Below are positions 45,801 through 53,916 of a DNA stretch of 64,000 nucleotides, one piece after another. The position numbers were made by a program, and so were the translations under genes. Each line of letters starts with the position of its first letter. Position 1 is the stretch's first letter. The notes beneath the pieces were generated by a model that saw only the letters and a program-made list of their open reading frames with translations, searched no databases and was not told the DNA's origin. The stretch is from a virus, in the IMG/VR virus record IMGVR_UViG_3300044655_001360. One strand, given 5' to 3'.

Positions 45801-46240
45801 TTGTTTTCCTTTACTTGGTGGACGGGGATGTTGCATTTTTTCAGGAACTCGATACCATCAGTTGATTTGTATTCAATTGAATAGTATACCTCTGAGATTC
45901 CTGCTTGGTAAATCATTTTTGCGCAATTTATACAGGGTGAGTGTGTTATGAACAAGGAGGCATCTAACGCAGACTCGTGACTTCTAGCTAATTTCAAAAT
46001 CGCGTTGGATTCTGAATGCGCTACCTCTGGTTTAGTTTTTAATTCAACTTCACCTGTATCTGGGTTTACTATCCGGTCTTCACAGTCATTTGACCAGCCT
46101 GAAGGCGTGCCATTATAACCAATCGATATGATACGGTTATCTTTGACCACGATAGAACCAACCTTCATTTTTTCAGCTGTACTAAGTTCAGAGAATGTAA
46201 AGGCAGTTTTCATGTAGGCTTGTATAAATTTAGGTTTCAT
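45797..46240 (-). CDS. cd: dCMP deaminase
   Basis: GYNGTP, HSESNAI and SPCINC Zn-binding motifs. Confidence 0.92.
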   Translation of the reverse strand: MKPKFIQAYMKTAFTFSELSTAEKMKVGSIVVKDNRIISIGYNGTPSGWSNDCEDRIVNPDTGEVELKTKPEVAHSESNAILKLARSHESALDASLFITHSPCINCAKMIYQAGISEVYYSIEYKSTDGIEFLKKCNIPVHQVKENK

Positions 46241-47172
46241 GACTTATTTAGCATCCTCATAATACGGATTAGACAAGCAGCCAGGTTGATTTCTGGATCT
46301 GCCACTGCCTGGTGGTCCACTAAAGATTGCTTAACTATTAAGATGATAGAATCTTGAACTGTGGAATCCTCACTGAAAATGGATAGGTTATCGTAGATAA
46401 ATCTATACACATCCTCCATTTCATCTGCTGAGATTTTACCACATAGTAATGCACGTGCATCGTTTATCTTACCAGCTTTGAATAACTCAACCATCTGAAA
46501 ACGCCATTCAGCCGTGCTATTATCACCATCACCTGGCGACACTAACTTATTTGAAATCGTATTTTGTTGTAATTCGTTGATACATTTCCGCAAATCTGGA
46601 TAGGTTGCTCTGACATACGAATCGAGAACATCCAATGAAAATTCAACGTTTTCGTTGATTAAAATTGTGGCAACTCTAGTAGTAAACTCGGTTACGTCAG
46701 GTTTCTCGATATGAAACCCTTGACAACGACTTTTCAACGCAGGGATGATCCGATGCGGGTAATTATAGGTTAGAATAAACCGTGCAGTATCACTATATGC
46801 CTCGATAACACCACGCAATGCCTGTTGGCCACTAAAAGATACGCCATCAGCTTCATCCAATAATATAATCTTAAATGCGCCAAATGGCATCATTTGAGCA
46901 AAGTTTGTTATACGGTCTCTGACTTCGTCGATACTAGAATTTCGACTTGCATTAATTTCTAAGAAATCGTATGGATTAACACCTAGTTCATTTACAAGTA
47001 ATCGTGCCAGAGTTGTTTTACCAACTCCTCCCGGACCGCTGAGACCCAAATGCCCAATGTTTTTCTCTTTAACCCACTTTTCAATAGTTGCTTTTTGTTT
47101 AGGATCAGTGAAAACATATCCTTCGAGTGTGGACGGTCTGTATTTTTCAACCCATAATTGTGGAATTGCCAT
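46237..47172 (-). CDS. Clamp loader small subunit (T4 gp44/RFC-like AAA+)
   Basis: LWVEKYRP, GPGGVGKTT, EINAS, LLDEAD, QQALR, SRC. Confidence 0.92.
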   Translation of the reverse strand: MAIPQLWVEKYRPSTLEGYVFTDPKQKATIEKWVKEKNIGHLGLSGPGGVGKTTLARLLVNELGVNPYDFLEINASRNSSIDEVRDRITNFAQMMPFGAFKIILLDEADGVSFSGQQALRGVIEAYSDTARFILTYNYPHRIIPALKSRCQGFHIEKPDVTEFTTRVATILINENVEFSLDVLDSYVRATYPDLRKCINELQQNTISNKLVSPGDGDNSTAEWRFQMVELFKAGKINDARALLCGKISADEMEDVYRFIYDNLSIFSEDSTVQDSIILIVKQSLVDHQAVADPEINLAACLIRIMRMLNKS

Positions 47173-47175
47173 ATC

Positions 47176-47388
47176 TTAGTTCTCTTTAAAGTTCATATAA
47201 GGAAGGATGTCATTATCGAATATCTTGGCCATACTACACCATAACGAAGTAGTTTTCATTCGTGGATCGTAAGCACGTCTTACATGCTTTGTTTCACCGG
47301 TTGGTCTTGGTAAGTATTCAAAATCAGGACGTGTACTGTAACACATATTTGTAATTATCGAAAGTCTTTTTTGTTCAAAGTCAGTCAT
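47176..47388 (-). CDS. Hypothetical protein
   Basis: 70 aa with an AGGA RBS. Confidence 0.55.
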   Translation of the reverse strand: MTDFEQKRLSIITNMCYSTRPDFEYLPRPTGETKHVRRAYDPRMKTTSLWCSMAKIFDNDILPYMNFKEN

Positions 47389-47450
47389 GGTGGATTCCTA
47401 TAGGTATAAACAGGAAATAGCCAGTTGGCTATTTCCTTGGTAGATCAATA

Positions 47451-47828
47451 TTATGCTACGTTTTCAAGAAACTGTGCTAGATTCGGTTCAGAGAATGTGG
47501 CTGGTTTAATCACCTTACCGTCTTCTCGACGGAGAACAGTACCGGTTTCAGGATCAATTTTGCTCTTATTGGAGCGAATAACTTCATTCCATATGGAATG
47601 AGGATTTACACCACGTGATAACAATGCACCAGCGCATACCACTATGATATCTGCCAATGCATCAATTTGTTCAACTGCATTTTTATCTTCGATCGCTTCT
47701 TGTAATTCAGTATATTCTTCAGATACTAAATTAAGATACATGTTGTATTGTGATGGATTGAAAGTAGTAGTTGATTGACCCCATGCTTCCATGCAGAATT
47801 TTTGATCTTCAAAAACGTTAGTACTCAT
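47451..47828 (-). CDS. MazG-like NTP pyrophosphohydrolase (PRA-PH-like family)
   Basis: EEY.EL.EA, DALAD, EV.RSN.SK, R.DGKV.KP. Confidence 0.85.
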   Translation of the reverse strand: MSTNVFEDQKFCMEAWGQSTTTFNPSQYNMYLNLVSEEYTELQEAIEDKNAVEQIDALADIIVVCAGALLSRGVNPHSIWNEVIRSNKSKIDPETGTVLRREDGKVIKPATFSEPNLAQFLENVA

Positions 47829-47837
47829 TTGATACCT

Positions 47838-47929
47838 CTAAAAGATAATTGAAAACGACTAAAAGATAATTGCTTTTAGTATTGAAAACGGCTAAAAGAT
47901 AACTGAACCATAAGGCAATTATCTTTTAG
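47838..47929. repeat. Cluster of four 12-mer boxes (three direct, one inverted)
   Basis: CTAAAAGATAA[T/C] at 47838, 47859 and 47892; ATTATCTTTTAG at 47918. Confidence 0.85.
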
Positions 47930-47945
47930 CCAAGGAAAGACTAGT

Positions 47946-48443
47946 TTACACCAATTCTGGTGTTTCGTAAAGGGGTTTCATGACATCAGTAACAACAAAC
48001 ATTTTCAACGAATCTACGTCAGAGGAAACAAGGGTATAACCTTTGTCATCAAGCCATTCGTATGCGTTTGTGATCGTATCTCGACCATCTTTGATATCGA
48101 TATACACCGATTGGTTATATCTAGCCGAATGAATCTTTAGTTGATAAACACCAGCATCGTTTTTCACTGTTGAAATTTCCAACACATGAGAAACGGGTAC
48201 ATTGTATTCGAAAAGATCAGGTACTGCACCTTCAAAATCGCAAACTATATGATTCATCATACAACCTAACACAGTGATATTCTTCTTCTGCAACCAGTTC
48301 ATTGCTGTGAAATCTGGTGTAGTAGTGTGATCTCGTGGAATGGTAACTCGTTTGTTATACTTCGGATCGAAGATTTCCAAACTATCAGGACTATTTTCTT
48401 CTTCGTAGGTATAATATAAAACTCTGGTATAAACTTGTGACAT
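47946..48443 (-). CDS. Hypothetical protein
   Basis: Start taken at MSQVY (AGGAGA RBS). Confidence 0.55.
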   Translation of the reverse strand: MSQVYTRVLYYTYEEENSPDSLEIFDPKYNKRVTIPRDHTTTPDFTAMNWLQKKNITVLGCMMNHIVCDFEGAVPDLFEYNVPVSHVLEISTVKNDAGVYQLKIHSARYNQSVYIDIKDGRDTITNAYEWLDDKGYTLVSSDVDSLKMFVVTDVMKPLYETPELV

Positions 48444-48451
48444 GGATTCTC

Positions 48452-48799
48452 CTAGCACTTAGATGGAATGTATTGATCGCCAATAGGTGGTTCTACATCA
48501 GATACAAGTAAAATTGCATCATTGTCTGCTCGTTGCAGATCCATTGGACCTTCTGGTGTTTCTACTCGTACTTTTCGTGTCCAACGAGCATGTTCAAGCA
48601 AAATCCAATCATCCTTCTTGATATATTTCTGATCCGGACCCACCATGAACACTTGAGCCCAACGAGGGCGTATACCGTGCGATTTTCCTGAATCAGAATT
48701 TAAAATTATACCAGATTGTAAAACGGTTTCACTATGACGCATGTTTCTGATTAAAATGTGATCCCGTATAGTTCGATCAATTGTAATTACTTCACTCAT
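48452..48799 (-). CDS. groES: Co-chaperonin GroES-like protein
   Basis: D.IL...E....SGIIL.....K.......V..VGP pattern. Confidence 0.8.
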   Translation of the reverse strand: MSEVITIDRTIRDHILIRNMRHSETVLQSGIILNSDSGKSHGIRPRWAQVFMVGPDQKYIKKDDWILLEHARWTRKVRVETPEGPMDLQRADNDAILLVSDVEPPIGDQYIPSKC

Positions 48800-48807
48800 A
48801 GAAAGCC

Positions 48808-49005
48808 TTAAATGTTACGTGGATTTTGATTGTAATAGTCTTGAAGTAATTCTTCGCGTGATTTGACAACTTTGCCATTTTCCAAAAGATCACCGCGAGC
48901 GTTGGATTTCATATTACCAACAGCAACACTGGATTCATTTTCTAAAGCTAAACGAGCCATGTCAACGGATTTACCTTTTGCAGATTTATAAACTTGATCA
49001 GTCAT
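48808..49005 (-). CDS. Conserved-type small hypothetical protein
   Basis: YKSAKGK.VDM..L...NE...AVGNM..NARGD; CTAAATA upstream. Confidence 0.6.
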   Translation of the reverse strand: MTDQVYKSAKGKSVDMARLALENESSVAVGNMKSNARGDLLENGKVVKSREELLQDYYNQNPRNI

Positions 49006-49034
49006 ATTTGTTCTCCTGATTAATAAAGCAGTAT

Positions 49035-49271
49035 TTAGTCAGCCATCTCAGCTGCGAAGTTTGGAAAGTTAAGATATTTGAATAGGAGTCGATCATCCCA
49101 TAGTTTGCAGATTCTATCTAATTCTTCCTGTGAAGCGTTTTCGGCATCAAAGTTTTCGATAGCGAATGCGTGGAAGTTTTCTGGTTCGATGTGATAGATG
49201 TTACTAGCATAGGTGCCATTGAGTGATACTACGGTTACGTCGCCTGCATCGGTTGTATTTAAAGTAATCAT
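49035..49271 (-). CDS. Hypothetical early protein
   Basis: 78 aa with an AAGGA RBS and promoter TTGACA-N17-TAAACT at 49305..49333. Confidence 0.6.
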   Translation of the reverse strand: MITLNTTDAGDVTVVSLNGTYASNIYHIEPENFHAFAIENFDAENASQEELDRICKLWDDRLLFKYLNFPNFAAEMAD

Positions 49272-49343
49272 TTGTAAAGTCCTTGTTAAGTTGAAAGTGG
49301 GTGTAGTTTAGTTGAATTAGAATTGTTTGTCAAGGGTTAATTA

Positions 49344-49799
49344 TCAACGCAAAAACTCATTAATGGCTAAACCGTATTTGATACTATCGATTTTATGGAC
49401 ACCGATAAGGAATAAGACGTAGCTTGACACTGAACTACCTCTACCTACACCCCATACTATATTATGGGCACGTAGGGTATCAACAATATAAATCATGCAT
49501 TGTAGGACTGGGAATAGGTTACGTGATTTAAACTCGGTTAGTTCTAATTCCACTCTTGCGACTTCCGTATCAGTGCTGCATTTGGCTAAACACCATTCTG
49601 CGATATCTAAGTTTTTGTAGGAATCTGGGATAAACCAGTTGTTTGGATTGGTTTCTTCGAGTGGTACTGGGTAATTAAGTCTTTCATCTAAAAGATAATT
49701 GACGTACTTTGAAATGTCATCGGAACATGTGCAATATCCCAGAATATCTGGGCCATGTCTTAAAACGCCTGTGACTAATTGGTCTACAGTATTGGTCAT
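49344..49799 (-). CDS. Stand-alone fragment of DNA polymerase III alpha (DnaE) domain
   Basis: R...EL......GVGRGSSVSSYVL.LIG...ID..KY.L matches DnaE GPGRGSAAGSLVAY.LGIT.IDP..Y.L. Confidence 0.8.
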   Translation of the reverse strand: MTNTVDQLVTGVLRHGPDILGYCTCSDDISKYVNYLLDERLNYPVPLEETNPNNWFIPDSYKNLDIAEWCLAKCSTDTEVARVELELTEFKSRNLFPVLQCMIYIVDTLRAHNIVWGVGRGSSVSSYVLFLIGVHKIDSIKYGLAINEFLR

Positions 49800-49808
49800 T
49801 TGGAACTC

Positions 49809-50042
49809 CTAATCTACGTTAATTAATTCTCCAAGGTCACCGTTTTCGGATTGGGTAATCTTAGCACGGAATCGGTTGGACATTTCTTCTTTGTAGATAT
49901 TAACAAAGGTAGCCAACTGTGTCAAGAGTTCTTGGTTACCTAGTCTATAAGCCGTGTGATATTTTTTCATGAGTTCGTTGAGTTTCAACTCGACTTCATC
50001 ATCTCGCATGGCGGTTAAATCAGGTGCGAATGGGTGGTTCAT
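49809..50042 (-). CDS. Hypothetical protein
   Basis: 77 aa with an AAGGA RBS. Confidence 0.6.
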   Translation of the reverse strand: MNHPFAPDLTAMRDDEVELKLNELMKKYHTAYRLGNQELLTQLATFVNIYKEEMSNRFRAKITQSENGDLGELINVD

Positions 50043-50060
50043 CGTGGTGTCCTTAAAAGA

Positions 50061-50084
50061 AGGGGCCTCTGGAAGAGGCCCCTT
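50061..50084 (-). terminator. Rho-independent terminator
   Basis: AGGGGCCTCT-GGA-AGAGGCCCCT, with the U-tract on the minus strand. Confidence 0.8.
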
Positions 50085-50093
50085 GTGTGAAAA

Positions 50094-53000
50094 TTAACGT
50101 GCTTGCCCGCCAGTCACCGTCAATTCGATATCGGTTGTTTGGGTGATTGCAGTGTCATCTGGGAAAGATGTGATTGTTAGCGGTGAACTTACCAGGTCAG
50201 TTGCATCAGTATCTGTGAACGTCAATTCAAATTCGGTTATTGCACTAGCATCCGTGATGGTAATATCAACTGCGGTTGTTCCTAATATATTATTACCAGT
50301 CACACGGTCTAGCGTTATAACACCGCTTGCATACTCAAGACCATTCGGGAATATATTATAACTAATGTAAACGTTCGAACTATCTACTTTGATATCACTG
50401 AATATACTTAGGTTAGTGAATACGCGTTTTGATAAAAGCGTACCAGATGCGTCATATGTTGCGTACAGTCCACCACCATCACAAGAACCAACAACATGTA
50501 TTATATTACTGGAGTCAACATCGATCGCGTAGAAATGAGAGTCAGCTGATGCTGATAATGCTTTAGTCCACAGGAGTGATCCAGTAGGCGAGTATTTCAC
50601 AACGAATGCATTTCTGGGAGAAACCCCACCATCTGAGGATTTAGTACCAGAAATATAAAAATTGTTGTTAGAATCGGCTGCTATACTTACATCTGTTATA
50701 TTGGCAGTACCAATATGTGTGTTAATTCGTTTCCATAGCAAGTTACCCGCATTATCGGATGCTGCGACTACGAAGTTAGTTATTCTACTACCAACAACAC
50801 CGATCGTATTGGTATTGGTAATCGCACACCCTGTTATATAGCAATCAGCTAATGATGTTGCCCATTGTAATACATTTGAACTACTATATTTTGCAATAAA
50901 ACCAGGGTTAGTACCACCGTTATTGAATGCATCGATACCGTAGTTACCAACTAATATCATATTATCGGCATGATCGATATGCACACTAGCATAACCTCTA
51001 TACCAACTGTTACTGGTTGATAAGTCCAATTTCTTCGCCCACAATAAAGTTCCTGTACTGCTATATTTTCGTACAAAGCCATCTCGAGAAATATCACCAG
51101 TAATATACACATTATTACTTGAATCGATAGCAACAGATGTACAGTGAAGCCAGGTATCGGTGATATCTTGTAGGTTGATTTGATGGGTTATTGCGTTATT
51201 GGTATAATACGTTAAACTCCCATGAAAGACACCAGGCATATCGAATTGAGTACTAACGGTTGCGTAGTTACCCGATAATAACGCAATCCCGTATATTCTA
51301 TCCGATGCCAAGTTTGTGCCGTCTCTTCTGGATGGTATCTGTTTGGTAGCATACCAACCACCGTCAATCGCGGCGATTGTGATGTTAATCGCTGGGCTTT
51401 TTCCACTTTCACCTGCTTGATTACTCAGAGTGTACTTAAAGTCGTAGTTACCGTCTGGTAACGCGGTGTCGGGGGTTAATGCTCCAGTTGCTGAATTGTA
51501 GGTTGCTGGTATATAAGTATTCCCGTTGTATAATTTCACTGTATCGGTTAAACCAGTTGGGATATTAATGCCTGGAGTTGTGTCATCGGTTGTCGATGCG
51601 GTGCTGGTATCGGATGTAACTGGTCCTGAATTATCCACGTATGATGCAGGTGCACTGGTCGGTGTTGTTGGAACCGTACCACCAGAACCACCATTAGTCG
51701 CGGTGCTATTGTTAATTCCGGTCATTGTTAACGAGGTAGCTTTATTGCCAGCCAAATCTTTTATTGCATCAGTACCTGATGGTGCGGTGTAGCTCATTGA
51801 TACAGTTTGATTTTGTTGTATTGCAATTGCTAACGTCAATGTAACATGACTGCTAGTGGCAGATACACCACTTACTGTTACTGGCGAACTATTCACTGAT
51901 ACTACAAATGCCGTTGTCGGTGCAGTTGTTGCATTCAAGGGTTCATCGTATGTTAAAATTACATTAAGGCCAGTTGTGTCGGTAGCAACACTTTGTAGTA
52001 CAGGTGATGTTGAATCGACCACTACCGTGCTATTATTAATTCCAGTCATTGCTATCGTAATTGCTTTATTACCAGCCGAATCTTTTATTGCGGCATTACC
52101 GGACGGTGCGGTATAAGTAACGTTAACTGTTTGTCCTTGTTGGATCGCTGTAGCTAATGTTAGTGAAACTGTGTTGTTGGTTACTGAAACCCCACTAACG
52201 GTTGCTGGTGAGTTATCTACCGAGACTGCAAACGCGGACGTAGGAGCAGTGGTTGCATTTAAAGGTTCGTTATAAAGCATGTCAACGGTTAATCCAGTAC
52301 TGACAACTGTAACACTTTGTAGAACCGGTGATATCGTATCAACTGTACTGCTATTTGTTAATGGTGTAAGAGGTATGGTAACTGCTTTGTTACCAGCCAA
52401 ATCTTTAATTGCGTTACCAGATTGAGGTGCTATATAGCAGAATTTTAAATCTTGCCCTTGTTGAATCGCAGTGGCTAATGTTAACGTGACGGTGCTGTTA
52501 CTAGCAACTGCACTACTGATAGTTGCTGGAGTATTATCGACTGTTACGGTAAATGCAGAAGCAGGAGCAGTGGTTGAACTTAAGGTTTCGCTATAGGTCA
52601 ACACAACATTCAGTCCATTTGAACTAACTGCTGCAGTTTGTAATGCTGGTGATATAGTATCAACTGTAAAACTAGTCGTATTGCTCACTGCAGGATTTCC
52701 TGCTAAATCAGACACTACTGTCACTAAATTGTAACTATTTCCGTTTGTCAGTGCGGTTAAATCTGCTAATGGTACAACTATAGATGTTGCGTTGTTAAGA
52801 ATAGTACCATGGTAATCCATTGAGTTTAATGTAGTGGTTACTATTTGATTATTTTCAACACCGGTCGTAGTTACATCGATAGTTCCATCGGTAGATATAT
52901 CAGTTGCATCTAGTACAAAACCCCAACTTGGCGTTACTGATACTATAGTTGGAATTTCGGTATCGATTGTAATATTAAGAGCAGCACTTAATCCACTTTC

Positions 53001-53864
53001 ATTGCCTAATGCATCAGTTAGAGTATATGCGAAACTGTATACGCCAGGTGATAGTTCTGCGTTTGGTGTTAATGACCCAATAGTTGAGTTATACACGGCT
53101 GCGGTTTCAGTACCATTAATGTATAATTTTATAGTCTTGGTTATATTAGCACCAATTAGAATTCCTGGTTTGGTGTCATCGGTTTTAATTGAGGAACTGC
53201 TTGGATTTTGTACAGCACCGACATTATCAACGTAGCCGCGTGGTTGTGGTGGTATCCATGCATTGTATTGGAATGATCCAATGTGTTTAATATAAATCGA
53301 TGGTGTTAATGTACCATTGTTTACCTGCCAAATATCAACAATCGTTGCAGTCTCTGTGACTGAGCCTTTTATTGTTATTTTACTTGTGTCTACAAATGGG
53401 TAATTTGAATCATATTTCAATGCCGCGTTAGTTGCGGTAAATTCAACCTTTCTATCTGTTGAATCTGCTGAAATATGAAGTCTAACTTTACCAACTTTAA
53501 AGTTGTCTGTTGTATCAGTTGGGAAATTAACAAGATTAATGGTTAAATTAGCACCAACTTTGACGTTTTGGTATAATCCATTGTTGTAATCTAAATTGAA
53601 ATTATTAACTTGTAAACCAGTGATAGCGTGGCGATACTCTGCCGTGGCTTTCATTACACACGTAGATAGTATATTACCATTTAAACTGCTTACTGCAGCA
53701 TCATCACGAACACCATGATTTAAGAATTGTTCAATTTCAGTTTTTGCACTAGCTAAACTTGTTTTTATGGTGGCGAAATTATCTCGGAATACTTGACTAT
53801 CGTTGGTAACTCCTTGAACTGGGAATTGATCATTGATAGTAGTTTTGATTGCTGAGTCTGTCAT
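50094..53864 (-). CDS. Modular virion protein: shared phage N-domain, Ig-like repeats, three SwmB-like repeats and a C-terminal beta-propeller
   Basis: N-terminal 'FP.....NDSQ.FRDNF..IK..L..AK.E'; three 'D..SP.LQ......G..V.L.Y.E.L....AP..AF.V.V....V.LTLA.AIQQ.Q....Y.AP....AIKD.AGNKA' repeats; 'V.KY...G.LLW' blades. Confidence 0.75.
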   Translation of the reverse strand: MTDSAIKTTINDQFPVQGVTNDSQVFRDNFATIKTSLASAKTEIEQFLNHGVRDDAAVSSLNGNILSTCVMKATAEYRHAITGLQVNNFNLDYNNGLYQNVKVGANLTINLVNFPTDTTDNFKVGKVRLHISADSTDRKVEFTATNAALKYDSNYPFVDTSKITIKGSVTETATIVDIWQVNNGTLTPSIYIKHIGSFQYNAWIPPQPRGYVDNVGAVQNPSSSSIKTDDTKPGILIGANITKTIKLYINGTETAAVYNSTIGSLTPNAELSPGVYSFAYTLTDALGNESGLSAALNITIDTEIPTIVSVTPSWGFVLDATDISTDGTIDVTTTGVENNQIVTTTLNSMDYHGTILNNATSIVVPLADLTALTNGNSYNLVTVVSDLAGNPAVSNTTSFTVDTISPALQTAAVSSNGLNVVLTYSETLSSTTAPASAFTVTVDNTPATISSAVASNSTVTLTLATAIQQGQDLKFCYIAPQSGNAIKDLAGNKAVTIPLTPLTNSSTVDTISPVLQSVTVVSTGLTVDMLYNEPLNATTAPTSAFAVSVDNSPATVSGVSVTNNTVSLTLATAIQQGQTVNVTYTAPSGNAAIKDSAGNKAITIAMTGINNSTVVVDSTSPVLQSVATDTTGLNVILTYDEPLNATTAPTTAFVVSVNSSPVTVSGVSATSSHVTLTLAIAIQQNQTVSMSYTAPSGTDAIKDLAGNKATSLTMTGINNSTATNGGSGGTVPTTPTSAPASYVDNSGPVTSDTSTASTTDDTTPGINIPTGLTDTVKLYNGNTYIPATYNSATGALTPDTALPDGNYDFKYTLSNQAGESGKSPAINITIAAIDGGWYATKQIPSRRDGTNLASDRIYGIALLSGNYATVSTQFDMPGVFHGSLTYYTNNAITHQINLQDITDTWLHCTSVAIDSSNNVYITGDISRDGFVRKYSSTGTLLWAKKLDLSTSNSWYRGYASVHIDHADNMILVGNYGIDAFNNGGTNPGFIAKYSSSNVLQWATSLADCYITGCAITNTNTIGVVGSRITNFVVAASDNAGNLLWKRINTHIGTANITDVSIAADSNNNFYISGTKSSDGGVSPRNAFVVKYSPTGSLLWTKALSASADSHFYAIDVDSSNIIHVVGSCDGGGLYATYDASGTLLSKRVFTNLSIFSDIKVDSSNVYISYNIFPNGLEYASGVITLDRVTGNNILGTTAVDITITDASAITEFELTFTDTDATDLVSSPLTITSFPDDTAITQTTDIELTVTGGQAR

Positions 53865-53916
53865 TATTTAATTCTCTCTATGTTATGGGAATGCTAGGTA
53901 TTTAGGGACATTTACG

